Shown in pieces: positions 13,501-27,000 of a stretch of 64,000 nucleotides of DNA. The notes under the pieces were generated by a model that searched no databases, was not told where the DNA came from, and saw nothing but the letters and a program-made list of their open reading frames with translations. The stretch is from NCBI GenBank assembly GCA_905178155.1, contig CAJINV010000009.1, positions 3,723,556 to 3,787,555 of the forward strand, written 5' to 3'. The position numbers and the translations under genes are program-made. Numbering within the stretch: the stretch's first letter is position 1; each line of letters begins with the position of its first letter. This DNA is from Amoebophrya sp. A120 (Eukaryota; Protista; Dinoflagellata).

Positions 13501-16500
13501 AGCACGGGTGGTCTTTGTTTTCAACTGCATCAGAAGATTCTTATTCCAAAAAGTACACGCATGTGAAGCTCTTTCTAGACTTGCAGAGACGCGCCGGAAC
13601 CGTTCGCAAGGCCATGCTGCAAAACCGGGAACTTGCAAAACAACAAGAAGAGCTTTCGCTGCGAGAAGGTGGACAAGCTGCACTGGTTGGAGGTTCCAGG
13701 AGCGCTGCTGCTGCCCGAATGAAGCATGGTGGCAGAGATGGACTCGAACAGGAAGAGGCGGTCAACGGCAGGAGTGCAGTCCTATCGAATAGTAAATCGA
13801 TGAGCAAGAGCAAGAAACTGCCGAAGCTGTGGAAGTATGACCGGCGAAAGTTTTTGAACAAGAAAAAATTTACCAAATGCAAATATGTCTGGGTCTGGAA
13901 ACTTGTGATGCTAAAATGTAGAGGATGGAAACAGTTCCGAAAAATGCAACCTAGCATGACACCTTTCCAGAACGCTTCCTCGTAGGCAATCCGCGTGAGA
14001 AGCTCCTGCGTGGTTGCATGTACAAAAGAGGCTGCGACAGTTGTAGGTTTATGCAATACAGATTTCCTAGGTATGGAAAGCTAGCATTATAAGTTCCACC
14101 CTTCCAGACCCTGACATATTTGCAATGCATGAAATTCCGCGAAAAACACTTCCTGGACCCGGCGACGGGCACGTACTGCCTGAAGTACGAGAATATTTCC
14201 CAGCCGAACAACGAGGATTTGTACCTGTACGAGGGAGACAAGGCACTGAACGAAAGCCAGATTTTGTACGAGGCCGAGGTTTATCAACCGCAAATATGTT
14301 CTCTGAGCCTGGAAAAACTTGTGATGCCAAAGTGTGGATGATGGAGACACTTCCGAACGCAGCCAAGCATGACAACTTTGCAGAATCATGCTTTCTCATG
14401 CACAGCCCGCATGAGAACAAACTACTGCGTCTCTGTATGACAGAAGAGGACGGCGCGACTTTTGCTGGTCACGCAACACAGATTGCTCAGATGAATTGCT
14501 ATTGCAAGACCAGCAATACAAGTTTGAACTTTCGAGATCCGCCAGACTCAGACATGTTTGCAATGCATAAGGTTTTCACCTGCTTGCACCAGCTTGAGCA
14601 GGACGTTTTGGAAGCCGAGAAGTTTGTGGAACAGAACTTCGATCTTTTCGATATGGAGGTGTTCTCAAATGTTACATTCTCATTACATGAGTTTGTCATG
14701 CAAGACTGGCAAGAGTGAAAGGAGAAAGATTGCGCCTTTTGCATTACAAGACTGGCGCAAATTTAGATGCTGTTTAGCCCTTCCGGAATTTGTCATGCGG
14801 AGCAGCTTGATCATCTGCCAGCTTAAGGTGCTTTTGCATGACAAATTTATGTAACAGTTGAGAATGTAACGTTTGAGAGTCCCATACTCGACCCGATGCT
14901 GCAACTCGCCTCGATCGACAGCACCGCGGGGGGCGGGGCGACGACCGCGTCGTGGTCCTCAGCGACGGGCACTAGCAGGGCCAGCACGACTGGATCGTCC
15001 GTAGAACGTCGCGCTGGCGGCGGCATGAGATTGAGAACGAGGTGGAGGTCGAGCAGTGCAAGTGATGACGATGTTGAGATGGAGCTAGGCGGGATGACAG
15101 GAAGAACTCCTGGTCCTGGTCGTGTAGAAGTTGATAGGCGGTCGTCGTCGGCCCCCAACACGACCGCTCCGGGACAAAGAAAGCCGCGCCGGCGGTCTAG
15201 TGTGCTCACTGCAGTAGAAACACCGTCTTCACCAAATGCCACTACAGATAGTACAAATCGCGAAGGACGACAGGACGACAATAATCCACTCGCTTCGCAG
15301 AGAAGGAACGACAATGTTGAAGATGCTGATGCCCACCTCCAGCAGGAACTGCCGGAGGAACTGAGCATTGCGGACGAAGATGATAGTTCATCCTTCTACG
15401 GCCATCAGCGCCCCAATACCGGCAACAACTTTCGCGAACCGAACTTGTCCACCGCCTCAACCTACTTTGATTCCTCGCGCGACAGCGATTTGAGCAGTGC
15501 TTTTCTCCATCCCACCACCAACGGCCGTGGTTCACCCGCTTCCGCGCGGGTGAAAACGAAAAACCAGAAGCAAGAACTGAACATCGGACGCGAAATTTTG
15601 GAGCTTTCCAGCACGCGGAAAAGAGTGCACTTTGAGGCGTCCACCGACCAGATGCTATTGCCGCATAAGCTGTACAACGCGAGTGGATGTCTGGTGATTT
15701 TTCTGTATTTCGCTATGACGGTCGTTTGCGTGTTCCAGCACTTCTTTAAAAACTGGGACCAAAGACTCTTGTCTATCGGGAAAAATATGGGCAGCGGGGA
15801 ACTGGTGGAAGACAGTGCGGCGTTTCGGTCGGTTCTGGAGGGAACCTCTTTATTTCCAACTTCGAATGAAAATCTTCTACTCGGCCGCGCCAACGATGAA
15901 AATCTTGCCGGCGCTGCGGCTAGCTCCTTCCTTCCGCTGCAACAGGAGAACGCTGCGGCGGGAGCAGGAGCGCTCCACTCAGGTTCTTCTCTGTTCTTCC
16001 GCCGCAGGACAACTTCTACGGAAGAGCCTGGTCCTCAGGCCACGGATGGCAACCAAGAAGCTTCGTCTTCTATGGTTGGCCTTACTTCTTCATCTTCATG
16101 GATGGAAACCTATTTTTCTCAGCAAGAAGCAGGAGAACAAGGTCGTGAACAAGAAAAAAGCCATTTTTCCTCCCGGGAAGTGCAAATCAGCTTTGCGGGA
16201 GGGGAAGACGTGGACGAACACGAGTTACTGATGGATGAAGTCATGTCCTCCACCAGCTCATCTAGCAGGGTTCGTAGCAACAGAATAAACACAGCAAGCG
16301 CAAGCGTGTCACAGGCGGAAGTCTGGGGGCACCAGGAGCTGCAGCGACGTGAACAGAACCGCCACTCGAACTCTTTTCTCGCAGCGGTAGGAACAACAAC
16401 TTCTACTACAGCTGATATTAACAGTACAATGGAGCAGGAGCAGCGCGATACAAGCCCTGGTGTGTTATCTACTTCGTCTTCGACTCCCGAGGAAATAAGG

Positions 16501-19247
16501 AAAAGAACATCACCAAGCTCAACGGCACTGGAAGTTGCAGAAGTCATGCATCAACGACAAGGGAACTACTACTACAAAGGGTTGACACCATCACTGGCAA
16601 GAAGTGAAGGAGCTACTTCCGAATCCACCACCGATCTGATTTTCGACGCGGTTAGCAGCCTAGCTCCGTTCTTGCAACACGTCAGCTGCCGCCCGGAATG
16701 CAGTAGTAGTGCGTCGAAAAAGATGAAACCCTATCAAGTCGTAACCGCCTTCGCGTCGCGGTGGCAGGTTTATTTCCTGGTGCGGCGTGAACATCTTCAT
16801 GGGCAAGAACAAGAAGAAGAACTACATCAACCGGAAGTAGGCGACAATGAATTGCGCTCCGACCACCACCACCTCTCCCTCGAGACCCCCGCCGCCTGCT
16901 CGTTCGCCGAAGCGATCAACGGTCTCCTGTTGGAAAAGCAGTGCAATTCTGTCCTGGTCTTGTTTGGGGATGGAAAGATCAAGCGGTGCAGGTTGACGGA
17001 ACATCAAGTGAAGAAAGTAGGGGGAGATAATTTTCACTTCGTTATCCTGAGCAAAAACCTGCCCACCCCAGAGTCAAGATGGGAATCTCGCAACACAAAT
17101 CAAGAAGCTTTGGGAGTCAAGCATGACAAGTTCGTCTCTGTATTGTAGTGCGGTTTAGCAAGTACAGCCGCTGTCGCAACAGAAATCCATCATACTGTTT
17201 ACAGCATTACAAAGCCCAAAACACGACTGGAAAGGCTTTTCATGGGGATGCGCATGACACATCCTCCTGTGACTGCAAATCTGCATGACAGCTACGGGGT
17301 GGGGACGTTTTTACTCAGGATACTCGCGGCCAATCAGACGACCGTGTTCAACGGCAACTTCTTTGCCAACAGCCAGGGCGCGACCGATAACGAAGACGCC
17401 GGGCAACCGCGGACGCTGTATGACCTGCTCAAACGTTACAATCTCAAGCGTTACAATAGAATCTGGGACTTGTCTTGCATGATCATGAGCATGGCAGACT
17501 CGCAGAGCGTTCCACTTTCTGCAATACAAATTTCGCCAGATTATAGTGCGGCTTGGAGCTCCAGCTCCGAAACTTGTCATGCGCAATCCTGTGGGAAGAG
17601 GCTGGATCATGCACTCTTGCATCACAGACACAGTAGATTTCCATATTTTATCGTAACGTTTGAGATTGTAACACCTGAGCGGGTTATACGCTGCTGCAGG
17701 GAATTTTTGCCGCGCCGTACAGCATGACTAATCCGGCTGGTGCAGACGCTGGAGATCTTGCTTCCACATCGTCCACCGCAGCATCGCAAATTCCTCAAAA
17801 AATAGCTGATGAAATTCTTCTCGGAATCGATTCCATCAGCAGTCAAAGCGAAATCCAGAACGCTTTTTTGAAAATGCGGTACCACAGGATAATGCCGAAG
17901 AATAATAAAGCAACGTCGACCAAAAATCGCGATGCAGCGAATACAACACCAATACCAAATCCTGACCCGCATGACAAACTCCGGCCTGTGAGTCTGTTTC
18001 TCCACCCGCAACTGGAGTACGACCCGAAAAACCTACCACTGCGCGGCACGCGCCTGTTTTTGTCGAGACAAGTGAGTAACGTCACGACGGCGGGGGGTCC
18101 GGGTGTCGCTGTGGCTAGCTCGAATGATCCGGACATCAATCAACAAGGACCTTCTAGTAGCACATCAACGTCGCACCTGCAAAGAAGTGCTACCACTAGA
18201 ACCCGCCTGCAATTTCTCATTGCCGACCATGCCGGGCTATGCACTGCAAAAGCATCGTACTAGTATACATTGCATTACAAATTAGCTCAGCATGAAAAAT
18301 CAAATTTGTCATGCTAAATTACCTAAGAAACCGACTGCCACGCACAAATTAAGCCTTTAAGTTGTCGCTGTGCCCCAGGTGGGTTGCCAGTCAGCAGCGC
18401 CAAACAACTGGTCTATGGTTTGACAACTGTGGTCCGTGCACTTGCTCTGTTCGCCCGTGCCGCAGGTAAGGCACAAACGGTCCAGCCTCCCCTGTCTGGG
18501 CGGGGCTGCGGCTTAGGGGAGAGTCTCGCCCCTTAACCCAAAGGGGTACGTCGTCTCTTCCGTGAGAACAAAAACGCATGGCGTAAAATGGGTCGGGTCC
18601 TGGATCGTTCTGTATGTTGGGCTGTCGCGCTCGGCTAGCTGGCCGGGCTGTACTGATCAGGTGTGGTGGGTAGCTCCCGACTGGTTGGCACTTTTCTTGG
18701 GGCGACTTGCCGTGGTAGCGCTCGGCTTTTGTATGATGAGGTTGCCGAAAGCGCTTCCTCGCCCACCCCCCGGGGAGGGGATCCTTGACCTGTGGCGCTG
18801 GGAGAGGGTGTCCACTACATGATGATGATGATGATGCTAGTCTGGCATTTATACGAGTGCGATACTTTTGCACAGTATACGGGCGGGCGTTTGTGTTCGA
18901 GGAACCAGAAGAGAAACAACTATCGACGAGCACGAAAGTGATGGGACTCAATTTGCTGATATGCAATACAAATTTCCCGTACATGTACAAGATGCATACA
19001 CAAATTTCCCCAATTTGGAGCATAATACAACTTGTCATGCTAAACTAGGATTGAAGCCAAGTTTTGTCATGCGAAGACGGCATTTGTACGGGTACGGGAA
19101 TAAATTTACTGTGGATAGCTGAACGTGAAAATGGCACCGGGGTGGAAGTCCGTGTGTAGCTTGACGGGGGACAAGGCGCTGGCGCTAGTGCAAAACGACA
19201 TGAATAACACCCTGCAAGTTTTGGATTGGGAAAAGGATATTTTGTAG
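7542..19247 (+). CDS. Large multi-pass membrane protein of unknown function with long low-complexity loops
   Basis: Frame MVVIPDLLG...LYREDIANLVGLTTQKMSLYTLFITIQLAFVGG...HWQVYDSYCRITMLL...DWEKDIL* restored by removing 18 introners: 7750-8011, 8040-8355, 8423-8631, 8701-9096, 9464-9699, 10124-10376, 10821-10976, 11010-11330, 11418-11745, 11798-12060, 12264-12576, 13871-14131, 14282-14569, 14652-14886, 17043-17322, 17419-17688, 18238-18879, 18960-19117. Several hydrophobic helices. Start codon not certain. Confidence 0.8.
7750..8011. mobile_element. Introner family F2 (about 255-288 bp); other copies start at 1211, 2691, 3803, 11798, 13871, 14282, 33826, 34250, 35534, 36673, 39791, 49129, 57733, 58540, 59307
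   Basis: TIR TATCAAATGTAAAAATGTCTGGGTCTGGAAGA; direct repeat GGGGC. Confidence 0.92.
9464..9699. mobile_element. Introner family F10 (about 235 bp); second copy 14652-14886
   Basis: TIR TATGG..TCTCAAACGTTACATTCTCAACTGTT; direct repeat CGGCA. Confidence 0.88.
10124..10376. mobile_element. Introner family F6 (253-270 bp); second copy 17419-17688
   Basis: TIR TATGACTTGCTCAAGCGTTACAATCTCAAACGTT; direct repeat GCATG. Confidence 0.88.
10821..10976. mobile_element. Introner family F5 (core about 148-156 bp); other copies include 3010, 24717, 26693, 27888, 28117, 32624, 45660, 58302, 59598, 62699
   Basis: TIR TATnnnnTGCAAAAGTATCGTACT; direct repeat ATTAC. Confidence 0.9.
11418..11745. mobile_element. 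Introner family F8 (321-328 bp); sister copy 11010-11330 lies 87 bp upstream
   Basis: TIR TATCAAAAGGAAAAATCCCCCCTCCCC; direct repeat CATGC. Confidence 0.88.
18332..18845 (+). mobile_element. Roughly 510-bp foreign insertion ending in (GAT)n inside an F5 introner
   Basis: GC-rich, lacks the introner motif, ends CATGATGATGATGATGATG; host element 18238-18879 is 642 bp versus about 153 bp for sisters. Boundaries approximate. Confidence 0.55.
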
Positions 19248-20342
19248 GATTTATTGGTTTCCGTTTCGATGAAACGATGTCGATGAGCGACAAGGACAAG
19301 AAGCACAAGAGTAGTTGTGTTACTGATTCTGTGTAAGATGCTCTACCTCTATCTTCATAGTTTGACTTCAATTTTTTATCAAAACAAAAACCACCCACAC
19401 TACAGTGTCATCTTCATCGAAAAGTAGTCTGAATTAAAACAAAAAGCTATTGAACCAGTTTAAGTTTCGGTTTCCGAGTGTATTATGAGCTCGTCTTGTG
19501 ATGTCAAGTCAAGCATGAAACGATGTGTACAATGCACCTGGCGAATCATCGCATCCGCACAATTTCAATCCCACTGACAGCGACCGATCTATCTTAATCT
19601 ATCTGCGTCACTTTGCTTATTGAGAAGCTGTACAACCAGGTTCAGGTGGAGGCTAATGTCCTATTCAGGCTACTTGTTGACAAAGCTGCTACTTGTTCGA
19701 GCATTGAGCTATTTTACCAGTTGCGTGGTATGAGTCCGAGGAGCGATTGGCGTTAAGTTTTCGAGGAGCGCTATAATTCTGAGCGATGTATTCGAAATCA
19801 TCGAGAGGAGGTCGAGATGAGGGTTTGTGTTTGAAGATTAAGGAGGAAGTGGGAAGAACATCAGTAGCGGGGTTCATCATTGGTTGCGTACTACCAGATT
19901 CATCGAAGTAGCATGTAGATGTATCGTGTGTTTTATACTTTCCAAAAAATGCTTCGTGATAGTTGCATTCATGTTCATCGTGTCTTCGTCAAATATTTCC
20001 GATGAATTCATCTGTGTGCAAAAATGACTGTAGAGAAGCGTCCGCACACACCACAACGCGACTTGTAGTTTTTCAACAGTACAACTAGGGATTTGACTGG
20101 CAGTAGACCTTTCTTGCCGACTGCACTACCCATGTGAAGTTAAAGTTGATATAATACAACGACGAAAGAGAAATTCGTATCGTCCACCCTCGTTTGGTTC
20201 TTTGTAAGTACAACTATCGTAGAAGTAGTACTCTCCGCAGTATTCCTATTCTGCTCCTTTCATGAATTCGAAGACTGCTGCACAAAGCTGAATCAGAAAC
20301 CCAAGGTATTAATACCCATAATTCGCAGCACAAGCACTAGAA

Positions 20343-22682
20343 ATGGGCGCCGTTGTCAGCAGCCGTAAGAAGAACCGGACCCCCGGCGGCGACGCGACTG
20401 CCAAGCCCATCCAGCTGGAAGAGGTGGATTTGGCAAAGGGCGAAGGCTACAGTCCCCAGAAATGCAGTAAGCAGGGTCCAGCAGCAGATGGGAGCAGCTC
20501 CTGCGCAGGTTGGAAAGCATCTGGAGGGCCCGCCTCGTCCGACGAGCAAGCCCAGACGATTGCAGCAAGTGGTTTGTCCTCGGATCTCCAGGCAGCTCCT
20601 CCACCTGCAGCTACAACGAAGATGGGCAGCATGGTGCTAGACACGGAGATTAGCAAGGCACTGAGCAAACAGAATCCGGAACTGTCCACGACAACCTCTA
20701 GTAGTCTCGCCGGGGCAGGTATCCAAGAAAAAAACTGTGTAAGTGTAACTTTGTTTTGCAGACGATGCAAGACACTTACAACTGTCATGCTGGACATGCA
20801 TCAGAGGCGCTTTTCGTGCGTGTTTTCACGCACCAGCTACGCATGACAGGTTTTCTCTGTCATGCAGAGCAAACTTGTCATGCTATTCCTCCAAGAAAGT
20901 TACATCTACACAGTTTCTTTGTTGCATAGCAGGAGCGGGAGGTCCGGAAGACCTCGACGCACGGATCCAGTCCCAGCTTGAAAAGATGAAAACGGCTTCA
21001 GCTGCTGGTGCCTCCTCTTCTATGAGAGTGCACAACTCCCCCTCCCCCTCATTTGCAGGGCATAAACAGCAACACAAGTCCTGGCATAAATGCAGACTTT
21101 GAATGACAAATTCGCGACCGATTCTAGTGCGGTTTTGGCTTCCGGAATTTGTCATGCAAGCAGTGCCAAAGGGAAAAGGATGGAGTTGCTATTTTGCATG
21201 ACAAATGAGGTGGAAGGGGAGTTGTGCGCTGTCATATCTTCATCATCTTCCCGAGGCGGACCAGGGGGTATGCATTGCAAAAGTAATATCGCACGCGTCC
21301 TAAAAATTGCACGTATATGTACGCACCATGACAAATCGCATTCCTAAGCTAAAACAGCATGACAAATTCCATCTGTCATGCTAAGGCACTTTGTAAAAAT
21401 GCCATGCAAATTATACCAGTGCGATGCAGTGCTACTTTTGCATTGCTGTATAGGGGGACCGCACACAACGTCCAACGCAGAGCACGACCCGGAGAAGGCG
21501 ACCCACTTACTAAAAAAGAAGGAGGAAAAGGCGTTTCTCGAGATGCAGAAAAAAGGCGTTGCTGTCGCCGCGGAATCCTACCGAGAGGCTGTGTTGCAGG
21601 GGTTTTTGGAGAAGAGTGAGGCAGGAGCATTTGCGTCTTCTTCGTCTAGCAAAGGAACCGCACCCTCCACCTCTTCGCCGGAAGATATTGCAACCGCTGG
21701 CACAGACGGTGACGGAGCGAAAGGAAAGACAACTGATGCTGCGGCAAGTGCTGGAGATGCAGGAGACCACACAGGGTCTGGGTCCTCCTCCGGGAACATG
21801 AACGAGCAGGGAAAAGATACTCAAACATTGCAAAACCTCCAAACAAGCGGCGTGCCTGCGCTGAAAGACCGAGAACAAGTAGATGCTCGTCTTCACAAAA
21901 CCACTAGCACGAGATCAAAGCTGCTCTTCTGCTGGCACTTTGCGCACCTGCCCGACTTTGTTCCGCCGGAGAAGCTTCTCCCCTTGCTGCAAGCCTTGGA
22001 CGCTGCTGAGGCGAAGCTGGAGCACCACTGGCGGGTTGAAAAGGAGTTCAAAAAGAGCCAGCCCGAGACGGAGAAAAAACGGTTGAAACAGGAAGAGGAA
22101 GAGGAGCGGAACAGATTGAAGTTCTGGACTTTGTCGGACCTGGCAAAAACCAGACCGGACGGGCTGGAGGTCGTGGAACAAACAGTGAGCAGCAGCCTCA
22201 GCAAGATGAACAGTAGCACAACAACCTCAACCGCCGTAAGAACAGGCAACACGACGACGGCCCATACCAACTGGAAGGAAAAGTTCGAAAATTGGCACTT
22301 TGCCCTGCACCAAACGGTTTTCAAATTTACCGGCGCGGCGAAGTTGCTGGAGCTGAAAAACAACAAAGCAAAAACGGCTGAGAACAATCCACAGCATAGT
22401 ACTACGAGAACCGCCGGCGAACAAGAGGATCCGGAAGTAGATGTAAACATGTTTCGCCTGCTGCAGACGCTCTACTTGGACACCTGCGGCCGCGACATCA
22501 CCCTGAAAGCAGCGAAGAACCGGTGCCATCCGAGGTTCGGGTTTAACTTCTACTCGAAGGAAGAAATTCGGGAGGAGCTCGGAGAGTACCTGCTGGCGTG
22601 TTTCCTGCACGAGTCCAATTTTCTGGTCAAGGAGGAATTTTTCGCAAAAGCCGGGGAACTAATTCGCGAAAGTGTGGTGTAG
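20343..22682 (+). CDS. Hypothetical protein, predicted N-myristoylated
   Basis: MGAVVSSRKK start (G2, S6, basic patch); frame restored by removing introners 20720-20928, 21021-21236, 21269-21452; long last exon ends ...IRESVV*. Confidence 0.8.
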
Positions 22683-24013
22683 TGAGGAAATCGATGAGCA
22701 ATGGGTAGCATCTGAGTAATTATGTTGGAGCGGATGAACAGTAATTACGATTCGACTGCGAGTTGTTCCGACTGAAGTTGCGGTTTGTCCTGCTGCTTCT
22801 TGTTAAGACAAGCGGTTTCGTCAGATTTGGGGCATCAATGTCCGGACTTACTGGGATTGAGATGTTGACAGAAAATGAATCTTACTCTCGTAACTGCCAT
22901 GTTCTGTTGCCCAACCACGCAAATCACTGTGAACTGGTACTAGTCAACAAACGAAAGGAGAATTAAGAGCGACAAGCGCAGCATAATTCCATCTGGTGTG
23001 ATTGATACGATTCATCACCAGGACAGTGCAATGATTCGGGCGCCAACCAGCGTTCATCTAGTTCACGCATTTCTGTCTGCCTGTTCATAGTGTTGATGAT
23101 GCATGTTCTCGGAAGCGGATCAATAACTTACATCAAAAATACGAATCTTGTAGAAGTTGAAGTTCACATTTTTCACCTTGTTACGTCTTCAAGGTTCATG
23201 TAGATCAAGTTTTCTGAAGTCTCGGTTAAAAGAACAAGAGTTTGGGTTTCACGAGCACTACCAGGAGATAATCGATCCGACTAGAAGAAAGAGATGATCA
23301 GAAGAAGTAGCAAACTGATCGAGATGGTTTTTGATCCAATCACGTCGTGCACCACCACCAGAACGAGCCATCATAATTCTTGCGAAGATCCTGTCATCAT
23401 CTTCATGAGTCGGTTGTCCGGGAAACAAGTCAAAGTAACAAATGCATGCGGAGAATGATAACAAGAGTGAAGAGGACTGAGTATTTTTAGGCATTGCAAC
23501 CTGGCCGGCGCAAAAGGTGGTCCGCCAATTTTTCTTTACCGCAAGAAGGGCTGTTTCCCCATTGGCATTGCTCACCACGACTAGTCTCACTTTACAGCAG
23601 CAAAGGCCCAGCTCGGTTGTATCTCATCTGCTCTACTGTCTCTATCTATCTGCTCCGTTGTCTGTAACGATTTAGTAGTCGTATGTTGTGAGGTCACCGA
23701 ACTACAAAGGTTCGAAAAAAAATAGTTGCCTTGCTCTTCATCTTGTTATGATCTCAATGATGTACGTGAGAAACTACAAGATCTATTGCGTGTAAAAAGA
23801 CTACTACTTTACGAAGGTGGTACTGTGTCGCGGTTGTGCAAGGTCGTAACACAACTACCGCTACAACCAGTAGAAACTGAAGCTGCAATACAACATTCCT
23901 TGGATCGCAGAAGTCGCTCTCTCTACTAGTAGTCCGGTACAACTAAAAATATTTTTCAACACGTACCTGCCCCCACTGCACAATTTGAATCTCCAAATTA
24001 TTTCTGCACAAGG

Positions 24014-27000
24014 ATGGACCACCAGCAGCACCGCATGAACTACAAAGATGCACACTCCCTGCAGGGAGGAAGAGCCGACCCGTTGCTCTCTGGTGGCGAT
24101 GTTGGTGACCCTAGCTCTTGTGCTGCCCGAGGTGGACCAGGTACTAGTAGCCGCGAGTCGTCGACGTCGTGGTCCCACTCCTGCGCAGCAGCTTCACCAA
24201 CTACAACAACGACTTCCACAGAGAACCACAAGATCACCAGCTGCAACGAAAGAGGAGGACAAGAGGAGCAGGTCGTGATATATCACGATCACGTACTAGT
24301 AGACCTAGAAGCAGGCCGAGGGCGAGGAGGACGAGCTCCTGCGAGTGGTTGTCGCTACGAACAGGATGTTGAAGCACGGGAACCAATATTGAATCCATTG
24401 TCTTCAATTAGAAAAAGTATAATTTCCGACGAGGACGAGGAGCAGGACTACGATCACAAAAAGAAAGAAAAACAAGAACCGCGGTTCAGCTGCTGCAAGT
24501 TTCTGAAAATCCTGGGCCCAGGTCTGATGGTTTGCCTCGCCGACATATGCAAGAAAAAACACCGGTTCCCATCGATTTTTTGCATGGGAAACACTGGATT
24601 TTGTGCATGGTCTGCATGACAAATTGGATGGGGATCATGGGTCTTTTTTTTGTGGATACGACACCGACGGCCCGTGCTTGGTCACCGCCGGGGCGAGTGG
24701 ATCTTTGTATGGGTACTATGCATTGCAGAAGTATCGTTCTAGGATAAATTGCATCACGAAATTTTTCAAAAGGAAAAATAGAATTTGTGATGCCGATTCA
24801 CCTAAAAAGGGGTATTCGCCATGCCTGATAGCAATTAGTACGAGTGCGATGCTTATTTTGCATGGGATAGGTACTCCATGGTGGCCATTCAACTCCTTCT
24901 CATTCCCATCCTCTTCGCCGCCCAAGAGCTGACCGTGCGGCTGGCGCTGCTGACCAATCAGGGACTGACGGAGCTGATTCGCGTATCCTGAGGAAAAACG
25001 TCCCCACCCCAGAGTTGTCATGCAGATTTGCAATGACAGAACCATTTGCGATGCGCGTCCCCATGATAGGCAATTCCAATCGTGTTTTGGAATTTGTATT
25101 GCTGCAAACAGGTGGTTAACTAAGTAGATGGATTTGTAATGCGGGTGTCCTTGCCAACCTGTACCACGACACTACGGCCTGCAACTTGTCATGCGTGACT
25201 ACCTAAGTTGCTGGATTTGTGTTGCGAGATGTCGCCCATCTTGACTCTGGAGTGGGGACATTTTTATATAGGATATCGTGTGGAATTTGGGAAGATGTGG
25301 GCGTGGATCGCCTGTATCGTGCTGGTCATTACCTGCGTTGCGGCCATCATTTCCGAGCTCGCCTGCATTGCGCAGATCGGAGAGCTCTTCGGGATGCCTA
25401 TGTGGTCTTCGTCGTTGCTAGTGGTGTTCCTCCTAGTTCTATCCACAGCAAATGTCCCGTACACGACGTACAAATGCGGTCTCTGCATGACAAAACGTGG
25501 CTTCGATCCTAGTTTAGCATGACAAGTTTTACGCTCCAAATTGGTGAAATTTGTGATGCATGTTGTGCAAACATGTACGGGAAATTTGTATTGCATAAGT
25601 TCTGATCGTCGTCACCGGGACCTTCCGCACCATGGAACTCATCGGGGTGGCGATGGGCAGCACGCAGGTGCTGTATCCCATGTAAAAATAACGATCCTAT
25701 CCCATACTTGTCATGCAAATGCGAAATGACAGGAACATTTGTAATGCGCAGCTCCATGAGGGGCGTTTCCAGTTGTGTTTTGGAATTTGTAACGCTGTAA
25801 ACAGGATGAGAGAATGGCTTTCTCATGCGGCTTGCCTTGCCAACCAGCACTACACTGGACATGGTAGTTTGTCATGCACAGCTCCCAAAACTTGGCGATT
25901 TGTGTTGCTAGATTCCCAACTTGACTCTAATGGGGTGGGGACGTAGTTTTTACTCAGGATATGCTGTTTCTGGTCGTCATGTTCCTGGTGAAACCGGATT
26001 GGTCCATATGAGAGTGCACAAGAAGAACTACCCCCCCCTTATTTGTATGGCAAGAGCAGCATTACAACCACCAGCACACGTAGGACCTGCGCATGACAAG
26101 TTCACGCGCGTAAAAATTCTGTTTGGGCTTGTTCCATCATCTGTCATGCAAACAGTGCCACAGGGTACAACTAGCACTTGGATTTGGGATTTTGCATTAC
26201 AAACGAAGGGGGTGGAGTAGTTGTGCAATCTCATAGTCCGAAGTCGCGCGCGGCTTGGTAGAGACGCACTTCGAGGATGCCGGCTGGGTCAAGCTGTTAG
26301 CCGCCAACATCGGCGCCGTGATTATGCCGTGGATGCTGTTCTACCAGCAATCGGCCTGTTATGCTGAGAGTATAAACACTCCCACTCAACGTCCTCCTTC
26401 TCCTCAGTTCAATAGCACAAGCAGCATCACAAACACCAGCATTCGCGGTGTCTGTGCATGACAAGTTGAAGTTCTTGATGGTGCACCAAATGAAGTAGTA
26501 TTGTTTGGGCTTCATCAGGTTCAGGCATTTGTCATGCAAACAAGGCCACATGTGCAGCAAGTGGATTTTCTTTTCAGATTTTGTTATACAAACGGGGGAG
26601 GACGAATTGGGGGTGTTGTTGTGAAGCCTGATACGTGTTGCGAACGGAAGATGACGCAAAGCGACATGCTCTACGCCCGGCTGGACACGGTTTATGAATG
26701 GCAAAAGTATCGTGCTCGTAGTAATTGCAGTTATGCATGACAAATCTCTTTCTCAAAGTAAATTAGCATTACAAATTGAATTTGTAATGCTGGGCTAATT
26801 TGTAATGCAATTTATACTACTAGTACGATACTTTTGCAATGCATACGGTTGTCGGCGCGACCATTGCGCAGGCCGTGATGATATCTATGGTGATTGCCAT
26901 GGGCGCGACCCTGTTCAAGCAAAAGCCGCAGGAGCTGCAGGACGTTCCGCAGATGGTCAACGCATTAGCAGTATTCATTGCAAAAGAAGTATCGTACTAG

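Noticed and set aside
7542-19247. Treating the interrupted genes as transposon-killed pseudogenes
   Set aside because: After precise removal no stops or frameshifts remain and conserved motifs are intact, including in the normally essential CEBPZ/Mak21 homologue.
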